Shown here one piece after another: positions 1-13,040 of a stretch of DNA of 64,000 bases. Origin of the DNA: Octopus vulgaris (lineage: Eukaryota); contig OX597824.1 in assembly GCA_951406725.2 (NCBI GenBank), positions 66,960,001 through 67,024,000 on the forward strand, given 5' to 3'. The position numbers and the translations under genes are program-made. How positions within the stretch are numbered: position 1 is the first letter of the stretch; the number at the start of each line of letters is the position of its first letter. The notes below the pieces were generated by a model. The model was not told the origin of the DNA. It made no database searches and worked only from the letters and a program-made list of their open reading frames with translations.

Positions 1-10
1 ATTACCATAT

Positions 11-148
11 AGGTGCTGGCATAGCTGTGTAGTTAAGAAGCTCACTTCATAGTCATGTGGTTGGGTCAGTGTCTACTGCTATAGCCATGAGCCAACCAAC
101 CAATACCTTGTGAGTGAATTCAGTAGATGGAGACTGTGTAGAAGCCTG

Positions 149-188
<40 letters not shown>

Positions 189-424
189 GTGTGTGTATTA
201 TATGTATGTGCATGTGTCTGTGTGTCATCTCTACCACCACTTGACAACTGGTACTGGTTTGTTTTCATCTTCATAACTTAGTGGTTCAGTAAAACCGATA
301 GAATAAGTACCAGGCTTTAAGAAAAAAAAAACTTGGATTGATTTGTTTGGCTAAAATCCTTTAAAGCATGCCCCAGCATGGCCACAGTTCAGTGACTGAA
401 ACAAGTAAAAGATAAAAGATAAAA
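11..424 (+). mobile_element. tRNA-derived SINE, family A (dominant octopus-type SINE), diverged copy
   Basis: tRNA-like head, internal (TG)n, and 3' tail CCAGCATGGCCACAGT..GACTGAAACAAGTAAAAGA shared with >10 other copies in the window. Confidence 0.8.
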
Positions 425-481
425 ATATATTCGTTGCAAATATACAAATTTGTTTTATTTAATTTCACTTTAAGCTAATTC

Positions 482-1228
482 TTTTATTCTTTTACTTGTT
501 TCAGTCATTTGACTGTGGCTATGCTGGAGCACCCACTTAAAGGGTTTTAGTTGAACAAACCGACCCTAGCACTTATTTCTTAAGCCTAGTACTTATTCTA
601 TCAGTCTCTTTTGCTGAACCACCAAGGTACAGGAACATAAACACACCAACACCAGTTGTCAAGCACTGATGGGAGAGGGGGCAACAAACAGACACAAAAG
701 ACATGCACACATAGATATATACTAGCACTATGACCCGGCAACGCCAGGTCATAGTGCTAGTGCATGCATATACAGCTGCGTGCGTATGCACATACACACG
801 AATACTGTCCAAATCTCCGACCAATCACATACAGCTAGCTGGCATTCAATTGGCGTATCAAGTTTCAGGCATTTTGATTGGGTTTTGGATAGAAAATTCA
901 CAAAAAAGTCACTTCTATTGATTTTTTTTAATGGCTTTGCAGGGTGACTGGGGAAATGTAAAGATGTGCACAACCATCGTTCGACGGTTTTGAATGACCA
1001 TAGAAAGTGCGAGCCCTCTAACTGAAAAATTGTGGATTTGTATAAAGGACACACACACAGACATTTTGCTGTTTATATATAGAGAGATGATGAGCTTCTT
1101 TCAGTTTCCATCTACCAAATCCAATTACAAGGCTTTGATTAGCCTGATGGCATAGTAAAAGATACTTTCCCAAGGTGCCATGTGGTTGGGAAGCAAGCTT
1201 CTTACCACACAGCCATGCTTGTGCCTAT
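482..1228 (-). mobile_element. SINE family A copy interrupted by a Helitron
   Basis: Tail at 487-530 and head at 1090-1228 match the reverse complement of the 33910 copy; consensus is restored when 722-1087 is removed. Confidence 0.8.
722..1087 (-). mobile_element. Non-autonomous Helitron
   Basis: On - strand begins TC(TCTCTATATATAAAC), ends CTAG after a GC-containing hairpin, and sits between A and T with no TSD. Confidence 0.8.
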
Positions 1229-1499
1229 AAAACTTTTTTCTTTCGAAAATTGGTTTTGTTTATCTTTTTGTATTAGCACCAAAAAATTAAAAAAAAAAGT
1301 TAAATCATAATTATTGTATGTCTGTTATATTTCCTGTCATGCTGGCAAAAGTATACTTCCAAAGTTATATAATGAACTAAGAGAGATATCTGCTAGAATA
1401 TTATTATATGCAAAAAATTCTTAATTATTCATTCTAGAGAAAGAAAACAAAGACCTAGCGGTAGTTATTAGCCACTCTCTGAAAAGATGTGAAAACATG

Positions 1500-2000
1500 T
1501 ATATGTGTTTTTAGAACTGTCTGACACCACTGTCTCACTTTATCTCTATTTTCTGCTTCCATGTCTGGTTTTCTGCCTGTGCCTATCTTTATTTTCTTTC
1601 TCTGTCTTGTCTACTATTCTCCTCTATCTCTCTATGTATCTATCTGTCTGTCTCTCTTGTCATTTCTTCATTTGTCTTTTGTTCCTCCTTCTATCGCTAT
1701 GTCTATGGTTGTATGTCTTTCTCTGTTTATTTTTCATCTCTTCTCTCTGTCTTTAACATCCTGTCGTTTTCCTTGTCTCTCTACATCTGTCTCTAGCACT
1801 GACTTCCTTATCCGTTATGATGTCTATCTTTCTATCTCTCCCTCTCTCTCTCTTTCTTCTGGCTTTCTCCCACTTCTCTTCCTCTATTTCTCTACTTCAT
1901 TGTCCCTTTCTGTCTATTTCACTGTCCTTGGCTTTCTGTCTACTTCTCTGTTGCAGTCTCTCTCCTTTTCTACCCCAATTCCTCTGATCTCCCTCCTTTT

Positions 2001-2036
<36 letters not shown>

Positions 2037-2215
2037 ACTTCTCTCTCTTTCTTTCTCTCTGTCTCTGTCTCCCCCCTCTCTCTGCCCCAATTTCTATGGC
2101 TCTCTCTCTCTCTGCCCCAGTTTCTATGTTACTTCTCTCTCTGCCCCAGTTTCCATGATTCTTCTCTCTCTGCCCTAATTTCTCTTTTCTTGCTGTCTCT
2201 CTCTCTTTCTGTTTA
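1500..2215. repeat. CT-rich low-complexity tract with (CTTT)n and a ~28-bp tandem unit (CTCTCTCTGCCCCA..)
   Basis: Direct inspection; about 4 units at 2075-2180. Confidence 0.85.
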
Positions 2216-2994
2216 TCATTCTATATCTGCTTATCCCAACCCTACTGCAACTTGGCAATAAAAAAAAGAGAAAGAAAAAATACAAAATACATATTCACTA
2301 TTCTCTGGTGGTACCCCAGGGATTAATATATGAACTGATGACCCAAAAATTCTTGTTGGAATTTCTCAAAAAATCAGTGTTAAATTATATTTGTTCACTA
2401 TCAATATATTTTGATGTATGAGAAAGAATGTCTGCTGCTGTTGGCAGTAGTAGTTGTGGTGGTGATGGAGTTACCCAGGGACTCACTCTGCTGTCATATT
2501 TAAACCCTTCTCAAACATACTTTTTATATTTGTTTCAATTAATTTGGAAAGTAAAATCAAGAATATAATGAAAATTAGTAAAGCAAGTAACTTTAATTCT
2601 TTAATCATTATTGATTCCTAACAAAGTCATTGTCACAACTTTGCTGGAAGAGGTGTGTCCTTTGAATATATACTTCCTTACTGCCAAGTTCTTTATCACC
2701 ATCATCATTTAACATCTGCTTTCCATGCTGGTATGGGTTAGGTGGTTTTACTGGGACTGGTAAGCCAGAGAGCTCCACCAGGTTCCAGTCTGATTTGGTA
2801 TTGTTTCTACAGCTGGATGCCCTTCCTAATGCCAACCACTCCAAGAGTGTAATGTGTGCTTTTTACATGCCATGACACTGGCTGTGGCCACACTACAATT
2901 TCACGGGTGCCATTTATATGACATGGACAGTGGCTATAACTATGGTTTTACTTGGCTTGACGAGTCTTCTCAAGCACAGCATATCACCAATGTC

Positions 2995-3237
2995 TTATTT
3001 CTTATTTCTTTATTGCCCACAAGGGGCTAAACATAGAAGGGATAAACAACGACAGACAAAGGGATTAACTCGATTACATCGATCCCAGTGCATAACTGGT
3101 ACTTAATTTATCGACCCCGAAAAGATGAAAGGTGAAGTCGACCTCGGTGGAATTTGAACTCAGAACGTAACGGCAGACGAAATACCGCTAAGCATTTCGC
3201 CTGGTGTGCTAACATTTCTGCCAGCTTGCTGCCTTTC
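2995..3237 (-). mobile_element. SINE family B (AAGGCGGCGAGCTGGCAGAA.. head)
   Basis: Matches copies at 41400-41632 and 53622-53857; B-box-like GAGTTCAAATTCC. Confidence 0.8.
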
Positions 3238-4044
3238 ACCAACATCTTGGTCACTTATCATCACCTCTGTGATGCCCAACATTCAACCTTTTTTACTTTG
3301 CCGAGAAGGATGGATGAAAATGCTGAACCCAGATAGGATTTGAACTTTGTTGCATCCTTTTACTTTCTAATGTAAAAGCTTTTTATCTGCTTCCTTCTAA
3401 TTCTGCTAACCCACTATCTTTAACCCTTTTGTTACCAAATTTTTGTTGAAATGCACTGCCTTTGTTTACTTTAGAAAATAGTGAAGAATTTAGAAAAATA
3501 GTTGTTATTAAGCTGGTATAAGGTGGTGAGCTGGCAGAATTGTTACTGCACCAGACAAAATGCTTACTGGCATTTTGCACATCTTTACTACCTAAGTTCA
3601 AATTCTGATGAGGTCGAGTTGACTTTGCTTTTTATCCTTTCATAGTTGATGTAAAAAGTACCAGCTGAGCACTGGGGTTGATGTAATTGACTATTCACCC
3701 CCTCCCCCCACAAAAAATTTCAGACCTTGTGCCTATAGTATAGAGGATTATTTAGCTGGTGTTAAAATTTTGGCAGAAGCTTTTAATTTAAATCATTTTG
3801 AAATAGGAAATTTGTATTATAGATCTAGGGGTGATCTCAGGTCTCAGATGGGTTGGTATCAGAAGGATTACATATTTTGTTATTAAAAAGGCATTAATAA
3901 GATGTTCCAACATAATAGAATATTTGAGTGTTTTTAATTGAAATATGAAAACAGGGCTCAGTCCTCAGCCTATTTATTATAGTTCTCTGGGCTGTAACAG
4001 GAATGCAAGATATTGACCAACTTGAAACCAGTCTTGGTTCTATT

Positions 4045-4433
4045 ACTCTTTTACTTGTTTCAGTCATTTGACTGCAGCCATGCTGGAGCACCACCTTTAG
4101 TCGAGTAAATCGCCCCCAGGACTTATTATTTGTAAGCCTAGTACTTATTCTATCAGTCTCTTTTGCTGAACCGCTAAGTTACAGGGACGTAAACACACCA
4201 GATCAGTTGTCGATGTTGAGAAGACAAACACAGACATGCAAACACACACGCACACATATATATACATATATATGACGGGCTTCTTTCAGTTTCCGTCTAC
4301 CAAATCCACTCACAAGGCTTTGGTCAGCCCGAGGCTATAGTAGAAGACACCCAAGGTGCCATGCAGTGGGACTGAACCCAGAACCATGTGGTTGGTAAGC
4401 AAGCTACTTACCACACAGCCACTCCTGTGCCTA
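4045..4433 (-). mobile_element. SINE family A, near full length
   Basis: High similarity to the 33910 and 20283 copies. Confidence 0.85.
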
Positions 4434-4882
4434 TAATGCAAACTTGTTTTAAAGTGATGTAAATCAAAACTTTCCATCAAATATTTATGTTAATTTATGT
4501 TTTTAAATAGCAACTTAATGTTATTTCAGTAAATTCTTAAAACTACAAAATTAGTTGAAACTACAACAGTGTGTTTGAACAGAAATACAGTAACAAAAGA
4601 GTTAACATTTTTGATACTAGCCAACCCAAGACTGCCTCTAATTCTTTTGTAATAGAATCTTCTTGTTTTGGAGTGATTTAAATTAAAACCTTCCATCAAA
4701 ATGTTATGTTAATTAATGTTTCAAACACTAGTGTAAAATAAGTTATTTTACTAATTTCTTCATTTATTTTCATGTGTTGATTTGATGTGATCTTTCTGAG
4801 TCATTTAAGTCTTTCGCATATTTATCATGTAGTCTAATGCCACATCTCTAAATATATTTTTTATGTTATGTTACATATTGTG

Positions 4883-4937
<55 letters not shown>

Positions 4938-6242
4938 AGAGGATTCACAAAAAAAAGACAAAAGATGAAGACAGGTGGTGTAGACAACAAACAGATGTGT
5001 TAGTATAATGCTCAGGAAGCGAAAAAGTCTTTAACGTTTCAAGCCTACGTTCTTAAACTACAACACACACACACGCACACACACACACACACACATCAAT
5101 TATGGAACTTCCAAAAGAAAACTAAACAAAAGAATTAGTCGAATAACATGCCCTCACCCAACCTGATACACTGTCCACATCCTCTCTTATGTTCACCTAC
5201 TTTGAGAGTTTGCTCTGATACACTATCTTACCATCTTTCTTCTTTATCTTCAGGTTCTCAATAACTACTACTCACCTTTATAACTTGGAGTAGCCTTGTA
5301 TCTCCTATATAGCAAGACACCTGTTCTCCCCTACTCTGTCATGCTTTAGCCTCAGCAACTGACATAAAGCCACCTCTCCTTTCCCAATACCATTCCCTCC
5401 CAGTTGGCCATAGAGGCTTTTCTCTTTCCTGATTTTGTCTGTTATGCAATGTACTTGGCAACCTCAACAGTAGTGCCAGTGTCACAAAAAAATGCACCCA
5501 GTACACACTGTAAGGTGATTGACATTAGAAGGGTGTCTAGCCGTAGAAAACGTGGCAAAGCTGACACTGCAGCTTATTGGATCCTATCAAACCATCCAAC
5601 TCATGTCAGCATGGAAAACATGTTCAATGATGATGATGATGACTCATATGCATGATGGTATATGGTATAGTGGTTAAGATATTAAACTCAAGATTATAAT
5701 GTTGTGGTTTTGATTCCCAGTCTCAATGGCATATTATGTTGTTCTTGAGCAAGACACTTCTTTTCATGTTGTCTCAGCCTATTCAGCTGAAAATAATTAT
5801 CAGCTACGGCTGGGGCAGCTGTTTGTACGCCATGGAAATCAGTGTTAGTTTTGATCTAATGGGCCTATAGATTTGCAATAGAGCTAAGAGTAAGATCTCA
5901 TTACAATTGGCTCACTAAATTTATATGACTAGTAAAATATTGTGATAAGAAAACTTGGGACCCATGACTTCACAACAAACTAATACTAGATCAATTGAAT
6001 TAAGGAGCCTTTACATGTTTGCATAACCTGTAGAAATAGGCAATTCTCCCTTGAGTCACATTTTTACAATCTTAGAAAAATGAAGACCACATTAGATAGT
6101 GTAGTCTTAGAAACTCCTAAAAAGACAAGGCAGTCACAGTTGTGATAATTTTGATTAGTGGTTTTCAACCAAGGTCCATATAAGATTTTGTTAAAATTCA
6201 TTTGCAATAAATTGGTTATTTCTACAATACTTGGCCAATGCA

Positions 6243-6618
6243 CCATGTGTGGTAAAAAGCTTGTTTCCCAACCACATGGTTCTGGGTTCAGTCCCACTGT
6301 GTGGCACCTTGGGCAAGTGTCTTCTACTATAGCCTCAGTCCGACCAAAGCCTCATGAGTGGATTTGGTAGACAGAAACTGAAAGATGCTAATTATATATA
6401 TATAATGTGTGTGTGTCTGTTTATCATCACCATCATTGCTTGACAACTGGTGTTGGTGTGGTTACACCCCATAACTTAGCAGTTCAGCAAAAGAAACTGA
6501 TAGAATAAGTACCAGGTTTAAAAAATGTCCTGCGGTTGATTTATTCAATGAAAACCCCTCAAGATGATGCTCCAGTATGGCCACAGTCAAATGATTGAAA
6601 CAATTAAAAGAATAAAAA
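6243..6618 (+). mobile_element. SINE family A
   Basis: GGGTTCAGTCCCAC B-box-like head, GGCACCTTGGGCAAGTGTCTT core, family tail. Confidence 0.8.
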
Positions 6619-6914
6619 ACACAATTTATTTTAACAATTATAAAAAAATAATTATAAAAAAATATGATTTTTTTTTTAAACATTGAATGGGTAGGAGGAA
6701 CTATTGAAGTAAAACAGGTATCAAAGAAGTTTATACGTAAAATATGTTTGAGAAACTGGGCTTCTACTTTGGGATCCTCTGTGTAATTGCTCAACCCAAA
6801 AGAAATAAGGGTCAAATCTCATTCAAATCATGCCTTACCATCTTACAAAAGAGGATTCGTTGGATTTGGTTGTTATTTCTAGCAAGGCTATCACGTAGAA
6901 CCTCACTGTTTGCA

Positions 6915-7685
6915 GGTGGTGGTTGTGTTGGTGTACAAATGTGATGGTGGTGGTGGTGGTGGTGATGTTATCGGTAATAATGATGTTGGTGGTGTTTTTG
7001 GTGGTTGTGGTGGTAGAAGAGGTAATGATGGGGATTTTGTTTTGTTGTTGGTGGTGTGATAATGATGGTGTGGCTGTGGGGTGTGCAGTATGAAATTTAG
7101 GGTACCCTGAAGAGTTTATTTTGAAATGTACCCCTGTTAATTAACAGCCATCACTGTAATTGATACCTTCATTATAAAATTTACTAAATTATCCCCAGAT
7201 GAAATGTCACAGACTAGCAACCTTGACTTTATCCTCACTACTCCTATTACTATTGCTGTTGTCTCTTCTTATAGTTTACCTCCATCATAAGCAGCAGTAG
7301 CACCATCACCACTACCACCACCACTACTATTACTACTACTTACCACCACATTGTTTAATCCCTACTGTCTTATTGTGTCAACAGACAGTGTAATTTCATC
7401 ACCGCCTCCACCACCATCACCACCTATACAATCACCCATTACTCCTACTACCATTGTCACCGCCACCACCACTGCTATTACTACTACAACCACCACTACT
7501 AGCATCACTGTCACCATCACAACCACTACCATCACCGTCACCACCCTCCTCCCATCACCAACCATTAACTCCACCACAACTCCCACCACTACTATTATCA
7601 TCTCCACCATCACCAACACTACCTCCTCCCTTATCCATCCCCACAACCATCACCACCACCATCACCACCACCACCACTACCATCC
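6915..7685. repeat. (GGT)n tract followed by a complementary (ACC/CAT)n tract
   Basis: Degenerate trinucleotide repeats at 6915-7085 and 7290-7685; these generate the spurious Thr/His/Val-rich ORFs. Confidence 0.9.
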
Positions 7686-7784
7686 AAAGTTTTGGTGTAC
7701 CAATGTAGTGATATGTGATCAGTTCTAAAATATATGGATGATGAAATCTTAGTATTATTATTACTACTGCTAAGATAAGCAAGC

Positions 7785-8545
7785 GCAATTGTTACTATGC
7801 CAGACAAAATGTTTAGTGGCATTTCATGTCTTTAAATTCTGAGTTCAAATTCCACCAAGGTTGACTTTGCCTTTCATCCTTTCAGGGGTCGATGAAATAA
7901 GTACCAGTCGAGCACTGGCATCAATATAATTGCCTTACTCCCTCCTCCAATTGCTGGCCTTATGCCAAAGTTTGAAACCATTATTATTGTTCTGAGTTGA
8001 AATTCTGTCACGGTTGACTTGGCCTTTCTTTTGGTTTTGATAAAATAACTTCCAGTCTAGCACTGGGGTCAATATAATTGACTTATCCCCTCCTCCAAAA
8101 TTACTGGCCTTGTGTCAAAATTTGAAAGGTGGTAAGCTGGCAGGATTGTTAGCACACTGGACAAAATGCTTAACATTATTTCTTCTGGTTTTATTATGTT
8201 CCGAGTTCAAATGCCACCAAAGTTGATTTAGCCTTTCATCCTTTTGGTTTGATAAAATAAGTACCAGTTGAGCATGGTGGTTGTTGTAATCAGCTCACCC
8301 TTCACCTCAAAAATTATTATTATTAAGGTGGTGATCTAGCAGAATCATTAGTGTTGGAGAAATACTTAGCAAAATTTCTTTTGGTTCTTTACATTCTGAG
8401 TTCAGATCCTGCTGAGATCAGCTTTGCTTTTCATCCTTTCAGAGTCATTAAGTAAAGTACCAGTTATCAAATACTGGAGGTTGATGTAATTGATTGACTC
8501 CACTTGCCCTAAAATTAAGGCCATGTGACAAAATTTAAAACTGTT
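7785..8545 (+). mobile_element. Head-to-tail cluster of about four degenerate family B SINEs
   Basis: Repeated TTCTGAGTTCAAAT..GCCTTTCATCCTTT..AAGTACCAG blocks near 7840, 7990, 8200 and 8395. Confidence 0.75.
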
Positions 8546-9077
8546 TCTATGAAAAGTAAAGTTGGCCTTGATGGAATTTGAACACAGAATGTAAAGAGCT
8601 GAAAGATGATGATGATGATACTAACAACAATAATAATGATTGTTTTTAGCATAAGCACAAGGCCTGAAATTTGGGACAGAGGGGTTAGTCAATACCATTG
8701 ATCCTTGTACTAAACTAGTACTCTTTTTTTCATTGATTCTGAAAACACAAAAGGCAAAGTTGAGATCGATGGAATTGAACTCAGAATGTACAGAGGCAGA
8801 ACAAAGTTGGCAAGGCATCTTGTCTGATGCTCTAAGAATTCTCCCAGTCTACTTGGAATTTTGTATAAAATTTGAATTTTATATAATGGCTACAAACATA
8901 TACAAAAGACTAGGTGGAGGGATGGCTGAGAATTTACTTCTTTAAACTGACTTCAGTATCTGATGGGCTACTTATTTTATAAACTTCTGGTTAGATTTGA
9001 ACTCAAAATACAAAAGAATGTAATTAATACCACCACAAGGCATTTTGTCCAAAGTTTCTTACATTTCTGTTCATATA

Positions 9078-9421
9078 TTCTTTTACTCTTTTACTTGTTT
9101 CAGTCATTTGACTGTGGCCATGCTGGAGCACCGCCTTTAGTTGAGCAAATCAACCCCCAGGACTTATTCTTTGTAAACCTAGTACTTATTCTATTGGTCT
9201 CTTTTGCTGAACAGCTAAGTTATGGGTACGTAAACACATCACGATCGGTTGTCAAGCGATGTTGGGGGGACAAACACAGACACACAAACATATATACACA
9301 CATAAATATATATATTATACATATATACGACAGGCTTCTTTCAGTTTCCATCTACCAAATCCACTCACAAGGCTCTGGTCGGACCAAGGCTATATAGTAG
9401 AAGACACTTGCCCAAGGTGCC
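9078..9421 (-). mobile_element. SINE family A, 5'-truncated
   Basis: Family tail and body present; stops at CCCAAGGTGCC. Confidence 0.8.
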
Positions 9422-10800
9422 CAAAAGGCAATCTTAATATTTAATTTAACATGGCTGTATTGTTACAGCATTGAATACAGCATCATTTGCCTTGAGAGGA
9501 CATTTTGTCATATGGATGCATGGTGCAGAAAAGCACACATATTTATATTGCTGGCAGATGAGACCTGTCCAGCACCCAGGCAGACAATTCTCATCTAGCA
9601 GCCATATAAACATGTGTGCTTTTATGCTCCATGTGTATATAAGAGAGGTCCTCACAAGGTAAATAATGCAGTCAGTATTTGGTGTTCTAACAATATGTCT
9701 GTGTTAAGTTGATTGACGGTAAAAATGACTTTCTAACTTAGTACAAGGCCTGCAGAATTTGGGTGGGGAAGCAGCTGATTAAATTGATCTCTTCCTCTTT
9801 CCTTGTACTTGACTTATTTATTTTATCAACCCTTGAAGGATAAAAGACACTTCTATTTTTACAACTTCCATTTTATTACCCCCTCCCCATTTGTGATTTG
9901 TATTTTTGTCCCTGTGTGTTCTATGTAGGCCTATGTGGCCAATAAAGAAAGCATAATAATAGTAATAATAATAATGATGATGATGATAGGGGCAGTAAAA
10001 ATAACAAGTTGGGAGAGATGATGTCATATGACTCCACTCCCAGTTGGCCATCATCACCACCACCACCACCACTGTCTATAGTATTGTTTTATAAACATAT
10101 TGACACATAAACTGGACTGTAAGAGTGGAGTTTGGGTGATGGTGGAAAGTGATATTGTATGGATAGTTTGTTGTCATTTTAGGTCAGAAACAGGAACTAT
10201 GAAACCATCTTCTCTGGGTCTTTCGGTGAACAGTATTATACTACTGGCTATAAAAAGCTCACTGGCTAATTGCAGCACCAACATCTGTCCTGGCACTGTT
10301 ATTCTATATGTAGCTGGTGAGGAGATGAATTATTGCTATCTTTGGCGGTCCAGTGTCCATGATAGACAAGACCAAGGAAGGTCAAAATCGTGTGATCTGG
10401 TGGTCTTGGTGCTGGAGGTGGCAGGGATTTTATCTCCTTGCTAGCAATGTAAACAAGAGTGAATTTTTGCTCCAAAAACCAATATGTGAGTTTCTCTCAT
10501 GGTAACTACCACAGCACTGTTTGTTCTAGTAGTGGGGATAAATACTACTGGTTGTGTTGACTTTCACTGGCTATTTTGGTGGACAAATATCTTATCTGTG
10601 GAGCATAGGCTTCAACAACTTTTCTCCGCTGTTCTCAACACTGGGCTTTTTTTCCTTCTTCCAGGTCATGGTGGTTTTGAATTGTCATCAATGCTTTTGT
10701 ACAACTTAGCTTTCTTTCTATCTAGGTGATCCATCTCAACCTGCTGAAAATAGTAGCCAAATCTTTCTCAAACTGTATCCCACTATCGTAAATAATACTG

Positions 10801-10891
10801 AAGGATAATATATACACTTAGATACACTAATAATATCCAAATTCAAGGATAATATATACACTTAGATACACTAATAATATCCAAATTCAAG
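10801..10891. repeat. Perfect 44-bp tandem duplication
   Basis: AAGGATAATATATACACTTAGATACACTAATAATATCCAAATTC twice (10801-10844, 10845-10888). Confidence 0.95.
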
Positions 10892-11569
10892 TTGATATTA
10901 TCACAATTGGACTGCATTGATCAAAAGTCTACTTGAGATGTTCTCTGATGACAAAATGCATAGATTAGCATATTCATGAGAGATAACTACTCTTAACACC
11001 AACATCAATGACAATGTATGGAAAAAAAAGTTGTTTAACTATGTTGTATAAATTGGGGAATGTCAGCTATTTTAAGATGAAATCTATTTTTATACTTCAC
11101 TAGACCTACTACCCAGCATTGGCCAGCAAAGTATTCACAGAATTGTTTGCCTTTTTGTAGAATGGGAATTCATGGTACTTATGCATGTATATATATTTAA
11201 CCTAACTTCTGGTCTTATTTAATTGGAACTATCCAAACAATAGTAATCAATTTACATGAGTAGAAGCTTTTTTTTAACAATTTTTATCCTGAAAATCACT
11301 TGTTACTTTTGTTATAAAGTGAAAGAGAGGAGAAAGTGAAAAATGTATGAACGTGTATATGAAATATGCACGCGTGTGTGTGAGAGAGAGAGAGAAAGAG
11401 GGAGTATGCCATTTACACATACATGAGAACACATACACTCACTCACTCACACTGTCTCTCTCACACAAACACATATGCACACGTACATACAAAAAAGATG
11501 TACGCATATATACGTATGTATGTAATTTTTTACAGAAATTAACAAACACTGGATAATGAAATCACATTC

Positions 11570-11837
11570 AGTTAAAAATATTTCTAAATGATTGTGTATG
11601 TCAAAAAGTTGTTTCTTTTAAAAATTTCCTAGAGAGCGTGAAGACTATGTCACAGATCGTGGATGCATGTTTGTGTTGATTGACATGCCATGACATTCAT
11701 TATATGTGTATGTATTCTGTATGTGTGTTGACATCATGGAAGCCATGCTTTTTTTTCATCAGGAAATAACAAAAATTGTGTTTAATCATTTAAATAGAGG
11801 TCCAAATGTCACAAAAATTTGTACTGCACTGCTGAAG
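11570..11837 (+). other. Putative non-coding first exon of the type II membrane protein gene
   Basis: Unique sequence, Inr-like TCAGTT at 11568-11573, consensus donor AAG|GTAAGT at 11837/11838; splicing to 18844 is inferred. Confidence 0.45.
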
Positions 11838-12826
11838 GTAAGTATGAAAATAAATATGTAAAAAAGAATTAAGATAAAATATACTATTTCTGAGATATTT
11901 CAGTTACACACAAACATCCCTAGAGTTTTAGTATTATCAAGATGAATCAAAGAAATTGCTAATTAAAGCAGTAGTTAATTGTCATCAGTGAATTTTAATT
12001 CATTGCACCTGAAATATATTCCTTTATTCTTTATTTATTCATTGGTCTCATTTATTAGACCACAGCCATTTTAGGATGCTACATATGAATTTTTTTTCTA
12101 ATTTTTGTTGATCATGTGACTCAACTACCTATTGCATTTCACTGAACTAAGCTTTTTGATACAATTACACCTGAAACTGTCCTTGGTTCTGTGATACAAA
12201 TTCCTGTTTCAAAGTAATCTAAATTAAAACCTTACATCAAAATCTCAAGTTGGTTTATGTGCCAAGCACCAGCTTAGTTTTTGTTAATAAATTTTCGTTA
12301 TTTTCAAGATTAATTGAAACGAAGGTAGTGTATTTTAATATAAATATAATAACAAAAGAGTATTTTTTTTTTACTTGTGCAGTTTTATACCTGTAAACAC
12401 AAACATTTGATTGACTAAGCTTTTCAAGGTCCAAAGAATGAGACCAATCACCACATTTTTACTCTTTTACTGAAGAGGCATGCAATACAGTTGAAATGCA
12501 TAAGTGTCAGAGAATCTTGTGTGTTACGAACACACTTCATCTGAAGGGAGATGTTCTGTGGTGATGAAATACAATATCAGTCAGCATATTCATGTTTGAA
12601 TCTGCTAAAATGAATTAAGAATGAGTATGTATGTTATTGTTTGGATTCTTGCTGTTGTGTGCACACCCTGTGAATTATTATCAGTTTGTTGTTTGATAGA
12701 CAATATGCCTCAGCAAATAATTTTTATGTTGAGTTCCTTAAACTAGAGCCAGTACATTTATTAGATTCATTGATCCAATGGTAGTTTTGACTCAAGAAAC
12801 ATACCAAAAGGTTGAAATACCAGTTA

Positions 12827-13040
12827 CAGGTAAGTTCACCACCATCAATACACTGCAGGGAAAATTCACCATGAGTAAAGCTTACTGAGAAAATATATCC
12901 ATAATATCTTGCCATTAATAGTAAAAAGCTGTTTTATTGAAAAAAAAAAGCTTGTGAATTGATGATGATGAACTTACCCTGCAGTGAATTGATGACAGTG
13001 AACTTTCCCTATGGTGAATTGATTGACACTGAACTTACCA
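12827..13040. mobile_element. MITE-like inverted repeat built from short subrepeats
   Basis: GGTAAGTTCACCACCATCAATACACTGCAGGG is mirrored by CCCTGCAGTGAATTGATGACAGTGAACTT. Confidence 0.55.

Noticed and set aside
1561-2178. 205-aa Leu/Ser/Phe-rich ORF resembling a membrane protein
   Set aside because: Translation of a CT-rich low-complexity tract; no splice context or domain.
7351-7728. Thr/Pro/His-rich mucin-like ORFs
   Set aside because: Open in several frames on both strands because of (ACC)n repeats.
10100-10730. Possible PHD-finger or retroelement relic on - strand (RCWCCN..RRWFHSSC)
   Set aside because: Needs frameshifts and stops to assemble; too weak to call without a search.
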